From NCBI GenBank assembly GCA_001275005.1, contig JWZX01003229.1, positions 1 to 58,709 on the forward strand: DNA of 58,709 nucleotides, written 5' to 3'. The notes below the pieces were generated by a model. The model had not been told where the DNA came from. It ran no database searches and worked only from the letters and a program-made list of their open reading frames with translations. The stretch is from Chrysochromulina tobinii. Its lineage: Eukaryota. The translations under genes and the position numbers were made by a program. Positions 1 to 13,772 of the stretch are shown one piece after another; positions within the stretch are counted from its first letter, which is position 1; every line of letters starts with the position of its first letter.

Positions 1-699
1 GCCGTGTGGCCATCAGCTCGCGTGCGAGCGCTGCACGGCCAAGATGAAGATTTGCCCGTACTGTCGCGAGCCCGTCCAGTTTTGGCTGATGGCACGGGTG
101 GTGTAACCCGAACCTTGCGCTTGGGGCGAAACATGGCCACGGGCCGAGGGAGACACGTCACACAGGAATCCTTATTGTACTCTCGTACAACCCTTCTATA
201 GGTAATAGGACTGTTGGGAGAGACAGTTTCAACTCAACTTTCATGAGTGTGTCGACTGTGTAAGAGTACAGCTCCTGTGGGTTCGGACCCGAGCGTTAGA
301 CTTGAGTGTAGTACTAGTAGTAGCAGGAAGGTGAGATCGAGATCCAGAGATGAGTCATGAGAATTGAGATGTGTGACGACTAAATTTTATGCTAGCAACC
401 CACCACGCGACACACGACATGCAGAACTTCGGAAACAATGATATAGAGACACAAGACATTTTGACACACCGTCATCGACGGGTCTCACACGCGCCTCACA
501 CACATGGGCGCCCAAAGGCACAGCAGACACATCATCGAAAAAGGGCGCGTTCTGTCACGAGGTCCCTGCATCGTCCTCTCGGGAGGGTGGCAGGAGGCGT
601 TTCAATTCGAGCGGCCCGTTCTTCAGCCAGAGCCACACCCACCCGCTCCCGAAACGTCTTCCCCCCCCGCCCCCCGGCGCCGTCCCGCCGTCCGTAGTC

Positions 700-3600
700 T
701 CAGTCGTCGAGCGCGAGCAGCCCGGCCACCCCTCGCTTCACCCAATGGTTCTCGGAAACGTCCGAGGGCAACTTGAGCATCATGACGAAATTGCTCGAGT
801 GGCCGGTGGTGGCGAGCACGCCGCGACGCGCCGACTCCTTGTAGAGCGGGCAGTTGTAATATTTGCCGTGGTCGATCGCGTCGACCTGCATCGGTCGGAA
901 CCACATCATCGGGATCTCGGTGAAGAGGACCTTGGGCTCGCACTCCTGGAGCACCTTGGTCTCGGCGTGGTAGCGCGCGCCCTCGAGGTACATGCCGAAG
1001 ACGTGCACGCCGTCCTCGGGCGGCGGCGACTCGCCCACCTTGATCGTGAGCATCGAGAAGGCAAAGTCGATCTGGTCGATGGGCAGCGTGTGCTTGCGCG
1101 CAAAGTTTTGGCTCGCGCCGGTGAGGAAGGCCTGCGTGAAGAAGAAGCCCGAGATCCAAAAGTCGGCGGGGATGCCGCTCTTGATCCAGTCGGCAAAGAA
1201 TTTGAGCCTCCGCATCATATCGCTCACGTAGCCCGCGAGGGGCTTGAGGGAGGGGTACGAGCGCTTCATCCACATGGCGGGGCGTGCGCCAGTCATGAGC
1301 GCGTTCGCGACGGCCTCGAGGTTCGCGTCCATCACGACGAGACCCTTGATGGCCTTCTTGAGGTTGTTGAGCGACGAGCGCACAATCTCGGTGAGCCGGT
1401 TGAAGCGGATGAGCTCCTGGTGCAGCACCGTGTTCATCGACTGCAGGTACTCTACCGGGTAGAGCGCCTTGGCCGCATCGAGGTCAAAGTCGGCGGGCAG
1501 CTTGGACGATATGTCCTCCGCAATCGCGGCGAGCATGGTTCGTCGCCGCCGGCCGGCGCCGCCGCCCACGGTCGACTGCGTGAGCAGGATGGCTGTGAAG
1601 AGCTCGCGTGTCTCCTTGAGCTCTTTGGTGATGGCCGCGTTCGGGTGCAGCCCGAAGACCTCGGGCGAGGGGAACTGCGGGAGCGCGCGCAGCGCCGCCA
1701 TGTACTCCTCGTGCGTTTCGGCCTTGGGCTGCGCAAAGGCGGCGCGGCTCTCGGCGGTGCCGGTCGCCGTGGAACGAGTAGCCCACGCTGATGGCGTCGT
1801 CATTGTAAAAGTTGAGCAGGAGCGCGTTGAGGCAGCGCCGGTCCTTGTCGTCGGTCACGCGCCCGCCGTAGTTGCACTCGCCCGTGGTATAGCGGAGCGC
1901 GGCGAGCGGCATCGACTCGTAGCTCTCGAGGAAGGATCGCAGCTGGCGAACGCAGATGCGCAGGTCGGACGTGTTGAACTCGTACGGGATGTTCCAGCCG
2001 ATCGGGCCGTACTTGCGCCGCTCCTGGATGACCGCGTGGAAGAAGCACAGGCCGAGGAGCAGCGGCTTCCATCCGTGCGCATTCGGCCCGCCCACCCCCT
2101 CGAAGAAGGACGGGTCCGAGATCGGGTCCTGGATGAAGGAGCCGAGCAGGTTGGCGCGCAGGCCGAGCGGCGGCTCGTTGGTCATCTTGACGCCGTTCTG
2201 GAGGATGGAGACGGGGAAGGCGGGCGACGGGCACGACGTGAGCCAGAGCCGGTAGTCCTGGCTCTGGCCGCCGGAGAGCCATGTCCTCGCAGATCTTCTC
2301 GAGCGTCGTCATCCAGCTGACGGCGAGGTGGCAGTTCTGGAGCACGACCCACGAGCCGTTGGACTGCGCGTCCATGATGAGCTTCTTCGCAATGGGCCCC
2401 TGCCCCTGGCCGAGCGAGATGGAGTTGGTGCGCTTGCCGCCAAAGCCGCGCGCGTCGCCGAACTTGAGCAGCTGCGACATCGGGTCCTGGCCTGGCGAGA
2501 GGATGAAGATGAGCGGCACCATGCACGTCGAGTCGTTGAAGCACTCCTCGAGGTTGAACGGGGGCGGCTCGACGAACTTCTGCTCCATGTTCTCGGAGAC
2601 GAAGGCGGTGACCATGGGCACGACGCGGTCGGGGCGCAGGCAGCGCAGGATGCAGCATCGCTCAAAGGGGACGCCATCGTCGTTCAGGTCCGAGTCCCAC
2701 TTGCCCGGCAGCGCCTGCTTGTGGGGCACCTCGGCCTCGTACACGATTTTCCACTCCTTGAGGTGCTTGCCAAAGTCGGAGGGTAAGTCCGCAAAGCCCG
2801 GCAGCAGCGAGAGGCGCAAGATCTCCTCCCACCGCGGCTGCGCGAGCCAAGGCGCGCCGTCGGACGTGGAGCCGTCGGCGGTCGGGTTCTTGGGCGCGTT
2901 GTCGGAGATGATGCCGGTGCCGCCCGTGAGGAAGAAGGTGAACTGGCCCGCGTCGAGCTTGTTGTCGCCGCGCATGATGTTGGTGCACATGACGAAGGAG
3001 AAGAGCAGCTTGTCCTTCTCGTAGAGCGAGCGGCACACATTGCGGTAGACGGAGTACGTGTTCGTCTTGATGATGTTCTTGAGGCGCTCCTCGAGCTTCT
3101 TCGAGGGCTCGGCCTGCTCGATGGCCCTCTCGAAGAGGGACTGGTACCAGGCGAGGGAGAACTGGTACATGGGGTCGATGTTCGCCATCGCGGCGATCGA
3201 GAAGAAGAGTATGGACGAGCGGTACGCGACGGACTTGTAGCTCTCGCGGATGGCGTCGAGCTTCTGGGTGGTCTTGTCGGCGATCACCTGCTTGGCCGAG
3301 ATCTGGTCCGAGATGACCTTCGCATCTCCGAGGATCTCGATGGCGGACGCGTCGTCGAGGATGTTGCCCTCGGACGAGGAGAGCGTGTGCAGGATCTTGT
3401 CCTCGACCTCCTTGAGCACGCGCTTGTTCTGCGCGGCCTCGAGGACGAGCTTCGTCTTCTCCTCCTCGAGCTCGGGGCGCTCCTTGGCGACCACGATGCC
3501 GAGCATCTGGTCCTCGAGCCCCTCGGGCGTGATCATGAAGTTGAGCAGCGTCACCTTGACCGAGACCTCGGGCAGGTAGTGCGGGTTGCGCAGCTTGGTC

Positions 3601-6600
3601 GTGGTGTAGAACTTGAAGTTCTTGTTGTACTCGACGACCGAGTCGCCGAGCTTGCTCGAGAGCACGCCGCCCGACTTGAAGACCTGCTTGAGCAACACCG
3701 GCTCGAGCACGGGGTCGAGCTCCTCCAGGACGTTCTCGAGGAGCGTCGGGTTGCCAAAGTTGAGCGCGTTCTCGAGCGCGCGCGCAAAGTCGCCGTCGGA
3801 GAGCTTGAAGGTGACCAGGTTGGACGACTTGGACATCTTCTTGACCCACTTGTTCGCCTGCATCTGCGGGTCGATCATGAGCGGCCAGCGGCGCGCCGAG
3901 TCGGTGATGATCCCATTGTCCGTCGAGAATGAGTCCTTGGGCAGCCCGTCGATGTTCCATTGACGAATCTTGACCTGATCGCCGAGCACGTCGACGAGCG
4001 CAAACTTGTCCGAGCAGGGCACCTTCATCACGGCGCACTCCTTGATCCAGGCCGAGATCTGCAGGTCGCGGAAGGTGGCCACAAAGGGGCCCATGTACGA
4101 GACGACGCCGGAGCCGATGAGCACGTCGCCGGTGATGTTGGTGTACGTGACGCCGAGCTTGCGCGACGCTTCGGTCCAGCGGTCCTTTTCGCCGCCCAGC
4201 CCGCCGATGAGCTTCTCGGCGCGCTCGAGCTTGTTCGCGCAGTCGATGGACTGCGCCTCGAGGCTCTCCTTTTTGGCGGTCGTCTCCTCAAAGGTCGCCT
4301 GGAGCAGCGCGAGCTTGTCCTCGACCTCCTTGAGCGCCGCCATCTTGGACGCGAGCAGCGTCGAAACTTCAGCGTACTCGGCCTCGGCTCCAGCGAGCTT
4401 GGCGCGCTTCGGGGCGATGTCCTTGGCGACGCGGTCGTACGTCTCCATCGCACGGACCCAGCAGCATAGACCGAAGGCCGCCGTCGACGCCTTCTTGACG
4501 ATCTCGGGCACGAAGCCGGGGTCGGGCATGTACTTCTCGCGGATCTTCTTCATGATGACCACGTCAATGTTGTCCTTATCGTACGAGACGAGCGAGTCGA
4601 GGAACTTGGTGTCCTGCATCATCGTCTTCGCCGGGCCCCAGAAGCTGTCGACCTTGCCCTTGCCGTCAGGCGCGGGCACCTTCTCGGGCTTGATCTCCTT
4701 CGTGATGCACACCGCCTCCATCGTGAGCACCACGCCAGCTGGAGGGACCTTCATGCCCTTCACCTCGTCAATGTCCGCCTTCTTGAGCGTCGCGAGGGCC
4801 TTGACGGCGGCATCGAGCGCGGGCAGTGCCTCGGCCAGACCGGCCTCGCAGTCCGCTTTGATGGCGCTCGCGTTCGCAGCGACCACCTCGGCGGCCGCCT
4901 TATCCTTGGAGACGACCTCCTTGACCTTGGCCGCCTCCTTCGAGTCCGCATCGATCTTGATCATGAGCGCGTCCGCATCCTTACGCGCGACCACGAGCTG
5001 CGGCTGGAGGGCCTGCAACTCCTGCTGCATGCCCGCGACCGACGCCGCCGTCTCCGAGAGCTTCTGCAGGCCGACGTCGTACCGCGACTTGGCGGCGGCG
5101 ACCTCGGAGCGCTTGACGTCGAGGAGCGCCTTGAACGAGGCGAGCAGCTCGAGGTAGGACGTGGGCGTCACGTAGTTGTTGCGCTTGAGCTCGCGCAGGT
5201 ACTTGTACGAGAGGTCGGCGACGGACTCCTGGAACGAGCAGCACATCTCCTGCACCGCCTTGCGCACGTTGTCCTCCATCTTGATGTCTTGCAAAAAGGA
5301 CTGGGCCACGGTGAGCAGCGCGTCCTTGGGCCACGCGGTGAACCAGTCGATGGTCGTGCAGTTGACGAGCGAAGGGAACTTGCGCAGGCGCGTGCGGAAC
5401 GAGTCTCCGATGGGCGACATGCAGAGCGCCATGTGGAGCAGCCCGCGGCAGTTCTGGACGAAGAAGCGCATCATCGAGCCGGGCGTGAAGTCGGTCATGC
5501 CAATCTCCTTGGCCTTGGGCTGGAGCGTCTCGCAGATCTGCGAGACCTCATCGCCCGGGAAGAGCTGGGGCACCTCGCCCGTGTTCAGGATGTTGTTGAT
5601 GTCCTCGACCATCGCCTCGTCCTTGACCTGCGTGTCGGTGAACAGGAAGACGGTCGGCTTGAGCTTCTCGCCCGCGCCGCGGAGCACCTTCTTCAGATCC
5701 TCGCGCCACGCGATCATGTCGTAGCTCTTGGTCAGCTCGATCCGGAAGGAGGGTGAAGTCGGCCATGTGGCATGCGAGCCGCGTGAGGGACTGGCGGCCC
5801 GAGCCGCCCACGCCCACCGAGAGCACGTTGCCAAAGGGCTGCTTGACGATGCGCAGGATGCGGCACACGTGCTCGGCGGCGAAGGGGAAGAGCACCAGGT
5901 CCATCGGCGCCTTCGAGATCGCATTGTGATCCTCGAGCGACGTGGTCATACGGTCGATGATGGCCGGGCATCGAGGCCATCACCTCGTACTCGGCGCCAT
6001 CATCCTTCATGAAGTCGCCAAAGATGAGCCGCTCGTCCTCCGAGCCGGTCACCTTCTTCCAGTCCGACTTGAAGACCTCCTCGAGCTGGGTGCACAAGAG
6101 CTTATGGAACCACGTCATGTCCTTCTTGTCGACGAGACGGTCCGAGAAGACGCGCTTCGTCTCGTGCGCCCACAGGCGCAGCAGGTCGACCTTCTCGAGC
6201 ACCGTCTTCGGCGAGCCCTGCGTCATGCCCTGGAAGACCTTGGTCAGGTCGCGCAGGTTGAACGTGTAGTGCGACTTGGACGGCGTGGGCAACAGCTCCT
6301 TCGCGATCGTGTTGAAGATGTTGATGGTCGCCTGCACGACGCCGTTGCCGAGGGAGGTGCACTCGCCCGGGAAGCGGTCCTTGTTGAAGTGCCAGTCGAA
6401 GATCGTCTTGAAGATGCGCTCGAGCGCCGCCGGGGCGTAGTCGGTGGCCCACATGAGGTTGAAGTGCCGAATGTAGCGCGGCGTGACCGGGTTGCGCCCG
6501 CCGCCGGGCGGGCCCATCGCGGCCACGAACTGGATGTCGACGAGCTCGCGGAAGGTGCAGTCCTTGAGATCGTACCATCCGTTGTGGTCCATCCACTGCC

Positions 6601-9600
6601 GCAGGATCTCTACGGGCGGCTGGTCGCCGTAGGTCTGGAGCATGGGCATATTGAGGTCGTCGACGAAGATGACCGTCTTCTTGCCAAAGGGCGGTCCGAA
6701 GACACCCTTGCGCCGCTTGTCCAGCTGGTTGTCGATCAGGTTCTGCGTGGCGCGTTGCGACGTCTGCGCCGAGAAGCTGATGAAGATGTTGTTGTACACG
6801 TCCTTGATGCCCTTGGCGGCCTGGGCGGCCTCGGAGTTGATGCCGTTGAGGATGCGATCGCGCACGAGCACCGACTTGCCCGTGCCCGTGTTGCCCGCGA
6901 GCAGCACGGGGATGCCGTGCGTGATGCACGTGTCCACGACGTAACTCGCCTGCACCGAATCGATCGTGGTGACGAAGATGTCGCCAAACTTGGCGCCCTT
7001 GGGCACCGAGTACTCGGGCACCGTCTTCGTCCAGTCGATCCACGCCCACGAGCGCGTCTGGTCGAAGCAGCAGTCGAAGACGGTGCCCTTGTCCACGGGC
7101 GGCGCCTTGGTGAGCTTCACGTCCGCGAAGATGGGCTGCGCGGCGCCCGGCGTCGAGAGGATCTCGGGCACCTCCTTCTTGATGAGCTGCTTGAGGAAAA
7201 AGTCGAACTTTTCGCGCGAGGGCGCGTCGACGGTGGCGCCCACGCCCCAGATGAGGGCGAAGAAGAAGAGGCCCTGCAGGATCTCGGTGCCCTTCTTCGA
7301 GTCGGGCGCACGGCTCGGCTGCTCGGGCACGTCGATCCAGATGTCGAGGTGCGCCTCGATGAAGCGCATGACCGCGACCGCGAGCATGATGTCCATCGTA
7401 GGCACGGGCGAGCGGCAGTCCTTGCGCAGGTACCAGAGGATAGGGTCGAGGAACCAGTCGAAGAGCACCTTGAGCGACTGGCGCTGGGCCTGGTCCACGT
7501 TCTTGGGCAGCTTCTGCAGCCACGAGGTGAGCACGGGCTGCCAGCCGAGCGAGTGCGGCTCCATGTACACCATGCCGCAGCGCGAGACGGTGGCGGGGGA
7601 CGCGACGGCGAGGTCCATCGGCTCGAAGATGAGGTTCATGATGCGCGACATGGCGATGATCTCGCCGCTCATCAGGCAGAGCTTCTTGTTGTCGTCGAGC
7701 ACCGTGTTCATGTTCTCGATCCAGACGGCGTCGACGGGGCCGTCGAAGACCATCCACTGGCGCACGCCCGTCGTGTCCTGCGCGCACGTGCGGTAGATGA
7801 CCGCGAGGATCCCGTCCGTCCACTCATGGCTGACCGGATCGAACTCGCCGTACAGCCGGCCGGCCGGGACCGACTTGGGGTTGAGGCACGGCGTCGCGAC
7901 CTTGAGCCACTCCTCGAAGAACGTAGGCTTGCCGAAGTGCTGCTCATTGAGGAGGGTGAGGGCCTCGGCGAGGGTGCGGTACGCGCACGTCTTGCCCGCA
8001 AAGGGCAGGCCGACGACCATGAAGCCGTGGCGCACGAGGAACATCTCATACACCTCGAGCACCTTGGTGACGAACGAGTCGACGGGCTGCAGCCCCTTCT
8101 TCTCGATGATGGTGAAGATCGCGCCCTTGAGCATGTCGTAATCCGGCGGCGGCAGCTGCACGCCGGGGAAGAGGTCCGACGTGATGCCGTTGAAGAGGGG
8201 CACGTCGTGGCTCAAGAACTTGGGCAGGTTGACGTCGCGAATCGAGCGGAGCACGAGCATCGGCTCGGGGTCGTTGGGGAGCGCGCGCTTGAGGTTGCCC
8301 GCGGCCGTGAGCACCGACTTGACCGCGCGCATGCCGTAGTCGTAGTGGTCCTGCGACGAGAGCTGCTCGGAGCAGAGCTTGTAGGTCTGCACGATCTTCT
8401 TCGAAAGGGGGCGGGCGATCGTGAAGCCGAAGGACATGAGCGAGATCTCGCCGATGAGGCCGTAATCGGGGACCATCATCGCGACCGTGCGGAAGAGCAC
8501 CTTGAGGTTGTCGGGCAGCTCGGAGCGGCCTGCGTAGCCCGGGTTCATCGTGATGAAGACCGCGTTGGTCGGGTCGATCGCGAGGTCGGTCCCCTCGAAG
8601 ATGAAGCGCTGCACGCCCGCGGCGATCGCGCGCTGGATCGTGAGCACCTGCTGCGCGACGACAGAGAGCACCTCGAGGTCGATGCGGTTGAACTCGTCGA
8701 AGCACGCCCACGCGCCCGCGGCGGCGACGCCCTTGAAAAACTTGGCCATCGCGAGGTAGTCGAGGCCGTCGGAGCAGTTGAAGACGACGCACTGCTTGGC
8801 GAGCGCCTTGGCGAGGTCCTTGGTCGTCTCGGTCTTGCCCGTGCCGGCGGGGCCCTCGGGTGCGCCGCCGAGGGTCAGCTGGATGGCGCCCATCAGGGTG
8901 CGATAGCACCGGTCGGTCAGGGCCGTCACCACGAGACGGAACGAGTTGCCGAGGTACTCCCAGCCGTACTTGACGTGCGCGGTGATCATCTTGAGGTCAA
9001 GGTCGGGGCCGATCATGCCGTCAGTCTGCGCCGGGTCGTAGTAGAGGCGGAGCTGCGCGACCCAGTTGAAGTCGAGGCACGAGTCGACGCCCATCTCGCC
9101 CATCATCGTGAGCACGTCGCGCCCGTGCACGTCGAGCGTGACCATCGCGCCGAGGGTGATGCGCTGCATCTTGTTCAGAGGCTTCTTGACGAGCTCGACG
9201 CACCCGTCGAGCTGCTCGGTGCACTTGGCCTCGTACTCGCGCAGCCCCTTGTTGCCGCCGCTGCTGAGCGCCTCCTCCGTCTCGAGCGTCCAAAAGACTT
9301 GATCGACGCCGAGGACGACCTGGCCGGGCCAGTTGAGCAGCCATTCGAGGCGAGGGCGCTGGGTGTAGTTGGCATGGCCCTTGAAGAACTGGTGCGACAC
9401 GTTCTCCTTCATCGCGCTCTCGACCTGCAGCAGCCACTTCTCGACCATGCCGTTGGCCGCGTTCGGGTCGAGAGTCTGCTTGAAGGGCACCTTCTCGCCC
9501 TCGGCCGAGATCATCCCGTGGATGATGAGCTTGTCGTCAAAGTCGACCTTGGTGATGCCCTCGAAGCACTTGCCGAGGTGCGGCTGGACGCGCGTCGGGT

Positions 9601-12600
9601 CCTTGGTCTCCGAGAGGATCTGGAGCAGCTCGTCGTTCGAGAGGAAGAAGAGGCGTGCAAACGAGAGGCGCTTGGCTTCGAGGTAGTCGTTGAGCCCCTT
9701 TTGGATGAGCTCGAGCAGTCGATTGGCCTCTTGCCACGAGGCGAGCATGCCCTCGGTCGCGGTGGCGAGCAGTACGTTGGGCTTCGCCTCGGTGGCCGCC
9801 ATGACCTTGCGCCAGAGCCGGTCGACCTGCGTGAAGCGCTTGGCCTCCTGCGGCATCTGGCGCATGATGTCCTCGGACGAGAAGATGGGCTCGAGGTAGA
9901 GCCAGACCGACTGGCACTTGAGCCACTCGTCGATGATCTCCTGCATCGAGATGAGTTTCGCCTCCCAGTCGCGGCACCGGTTCTCGAAGGGCTTGACAAA
10001 AGGAGAGCCGCGCATCGCCTGGGTCTTGACGACGTGGTCGTCGAACATGGACTGGATCTCATCGAGCGCGCGCAGGATGTACGTGCCCGTGTCGCGGTAC
10101 TCCATGCAGTCGAATTGAATTGGGCGCCACTCGTTGAGCATCTTGTCGAGGGCCTTCTCGAGCGAAAACTCCTTCGAGGCCGCATCCGACATCTCCTGGA
10201 TCTGCGCGATGTAGTCGCCGGTCTTCTGCTCGAGGATCAGCGCGAGGGTGGACATCTCGTTGGGCTGGATCGGCTTGCCCACCTGCTCCGCCAGCTGCTT
10301 CCAGTGCCGGTCGCGCATGCCCGGGTTGAGCATCGCGCCGATCAGGGGCAGGTGCTGCTTGAAGTCGTCGATCTTCTCCTTGACGTAGTTGACGACCTTG
10401 AGCGGGCCGGGCAGGCCGACGAGCGACTTGCCCAGCTTGTACAGCAGGCGCCACCAGTCGCCCACGTCCTTCTCCACCTGCTCGGGCGAGAGCTCCATAA
10501 ACGGCCCCTCGAGCCACAGCGGATAGGCGCGCTGGAAGTTGACCGCGGTCGTCCAGAGCGTGTTGTACGGCTCGAGCGCCTTGTTGAGCTCGTTGAGCTG
10601 CGAGTACTCAGTCACGGGCCAGCCGAAGAGCTCCTCACGCGAGTTGTACAGGGCCGCGCGCTCCTTGCCGTCGTCAATCTTGGCCTGGAGCGCCGCGACC
10701 GTCGCTGAGTTCGTCTCGACCTCGGACATGTCGCCGAGCGTGGCGAGCGCTTTGATCTCGACAGCCCACACGTCGAGCTCCTCCGAAAAGTGCTCGCGGT
10801 CCGTGCGCAGCTGCTCCTGGAACTTTTCGCGATCCTCCTCCTGCTTCTTGGCCGCGTCGGTCGCGACCTTGGTCACGCGGCCCGGCCAGCCGAGCGTCGC
10901 GAAGACGAGCGAGAAGGTCTCGTCGGGCAGCTCCATCGTGACCTTGTCGAGCAGCGAGATGCGCGCCTCGAGGTTGGCCTTGATCGACTCGGAGAGCTTC
11001 TCGAGCTCGAGCTCGCACGCGGCCATGTACGCGTTCATCTCGACCACCTCCTCGGCCGATCCGCTCGTCGACTGCAGCTTCTCGTAGATGACCGAGTAGG
11101 CGGCCGAGATGTCCTTGGACTTCTTCTCGAGCTCCTCGACGACGAGGCCCGAGACGCCTCGCGCGATCGCTTCCGCCTTCGTCGCCAGGCCCTGCTTGAG
11201 CTCGGTGCACGAGATCAGGAGCAGCCGGCAGTTCACCTCGGGCACGGTCGCCTCCATTACGAGCGACACGGTCGAGTTCCACTTGTTGATGAGCTCGTGG
11301 TACTGCTCCAGCGTGCACTTCTTCGCCTTGATCGTCTCGAGGTACGCCTCGATCTCGATGGCTGCGAGCTCCTCGAACTGCTTGAAGAGGCCGAGCAGCG
11401 CCTTCGGGCGCACGAGGGAGCGCTCGAGCAGCTCGAAGAGCTGCAAGCGTGCCGCCTGGAGGGTCGCGTCGTCATGGGCGAGCGTCTTGAGCATCGTCTC
11501 GGGCTGCCCGAGCATGTGCATCACGTGCGACTCGATCGAGGGGACGCCCGCCGTCTGCGTCACGATCGCCTCGAGCACTGCGTTCAGGTCGTTGACGACC
11601 TTCTCGAGGGGCGGCTCGAAGGCGAGCGCCCCCCCCTCGAGACGCAGGGTGACGGTCAGCAACGTGGGCTGCCCCATGGGAAGCTCCTTGGCGAATGCGA
11701 GCGCCGTCTCGGGCGGCCCGTTGGTCACATCGATCTCGTCCTGCGGCGTCGCGTACATCTGGAGCAGCTGCAGGTACGCGCCCATGCTCGAGAGCACGAG
11801 CGACTGCAGCTCGTCCTGCATAAGGAGCGAGAGCTGGCGCAGGATGCGCGGCACTCGCGAGGCCTCGTACGTGGCGAGGTCCATCGTTCGCTCCATCTCG
11901 GGGATCGCCGAGAGCTCCTGCTGCGTGACGGCCTCGACCGCGGGCGTCCAGAGCTGCGTGAAGCGCGCCTTGACCTCCTCCGTCTTCGTCGCCTGCACCT
12001 CGAGAAAGTGCTTCAAGTCGCACGGTGTGTTGAGCACCTCGGGGCGCGACTCAAGCAGCGACTCGGTGCGAAGCCAATACGACTCGTCGAAGACGAGGCG
12101 CACGCAGCGCAGCAGCACTGGGTCGGCCGCGAAGAGGGCGCCCGCGACCGCCGTGTGCGCCGCCTTGAACGCCGCCGTGAAGCTTTCCACAGTACCCATC
12201 TCCGGCACGTGCGCCAAGGTCGCCGTGGGCAGCTTGAGTGCGGCGACGGTGGCGCGGAAGGCGGCGGAGCGCATCTCGTAGTCTGTGTGGGCGCGGCGCA
12301 TCGCCCCCGTGTAGTCCGACGCCACCTGCTGCCACGACGACCTCATCGCCGGCGTCGCCCAGATGCTCTCATCACATCCGGGGACCCGCTGCATCAGGCG
12401 CGCCTCGTCGAGCACCTCCGACACGTCCGACAAGCTCACCTGCACGCCGAGCTGCTCGGTCGCGAAAAGGTGGTAGCGCATCGCCGCCTCGAACTGGGCG
12501 CGCAACTCGGTCGCCTTCTCGCACCGGAGGCGCCACTTGACCTCGCTCTCGAGATCAAAGAGCAGGTTGAGCCGGGTGCACAACTTCCGCTTGCCGGTAT

Positions 12601-13504
12601 GCACCCACTGAACCTCGAACTTAGCCTCCTCGGGGTGGTACCGCACCACCTCGCAGGGCAGCATCGAGGAGGTCTTGCCGCCACTCGCATAGTACTTGGA
12701 GCGGGCCTTGAAGGGCTTGCCCTTGCTGAAGTAGCTCTCGGCCTTGTCCCACAGATCGTCGGTCATCGGCTCCATCTCGCCGCCATCGAAGAACTCGAGC
12801 GGTAGGAAGGTCGAGGCAACCTCGTCTTCCGAGAGCGAGGGCGGCGTGACCGACTCCTCGTCCTCGTCGGGCAGCACGGCGTGCGCGAGCGTCGAGGCAT
12901 GCAAGCCGCGCACGTGGGGCGAGTAGTGCGACGCGATCGTCGTCGTCGGCTGCTTCTTCACGTAGCCCTCGGAACCCGCGGAGGCGGCGTGCGTCTCGAC
13001 GGGCAGCGGCAGCGGCGGCAGGCCCTTGGGCCCATACGAGCGCATCGTCTGCGTGGCCGAGACGTCGCGGAAGCCGGGGCCAGGCGCCTGGCCCGACTCG
13101 GCAGCCTGCAGCCACGCGTGCTTTGGCAGCATGTCCCACCGGCGCACCTTTTGGTACGAGAGCAGCGGTGCCGCACCAGCCGGGTCCTCGCCGGGCAGCG
13201 GCGCTGAGTGCGCCATGCCCGCCCCTTTGCCGACGCCCATGAGGGCTGTGGGCACTTTCAGCGAGATTGGGGCCGCTAGCGCCGACACGCCCGGCTTTGG
13301 CCGGCTGCCCGCGGGGATATAAGAGTGCGGCAGCGGCTCAGGCGCCTTGAAGGCAGCGTCGAGCGGCGACTCGGTCGGCAGCACGCGCGACGTGATCAAG
13401 CGCTCCTGCTCATGCAGGTGCTGCAGGTTGGCGAGCGCCGCATCGACCGCGCGGGTCGGCGCCGCGTCGCCCGCCTTGACTTTGCCACCTCGCGGTGGAG
13501 CCAT
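700..13504 (-). CDS. Axonemal dynein heavy chain, single-headed inner-arm type (DNAH3/7/12-like motor), ~4,270 aa, apparently intronless, with 4 frameshifts
   Basis: Joined from ORFs 5732..13558, 5548..5949, 1800..5924, 1484..2185 and 700..1803. P-loops [24 protein letters not shown] and [41 protein letters not shown]-terminal [11 protein letters not shown] at 13504 (MAPPRGG). Frame breaks near 5967, 5748, 2270 and 1771. Confidence 0.97.
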
Positions 13505-13772
13505 GGTGGCGGCTCGGATAAAAAAACCAACGACTCGGTGAAGGGTCAGACAGTACACACCTCATTTCCCCACAGCACTCGTGAATGAGAGGCGGGTTCA
13601 CTCACAGCGGTGTAGGTCGGACCAAAGAGCGTCATGATGAGCAAATGTACCGAGCCTTTTATATTTCCTTCCATGCAACACACATTGGGGGGATGCGGAT
13701 CAATTCATTCACAGTTCGAACTGGCGAAAACCTTGATCGTCCACGACAGGTGAGGCCGGCACGGCAGGCCAT

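Noticed and set aside
5942..12805. Very long plus-strand ORFs (1588 and 671 aa)
   Set aside because: Antisense shadows of the high-GC3 dynein CDS; no domain content.
700..13504. Dynein as a pseudogene or programmed-frameshift gene
   Set aside because: All motifs and codon bias are intact and the breaks are single-base indels in short runs with no common slippery motif; sequencing error is more parsimonious.
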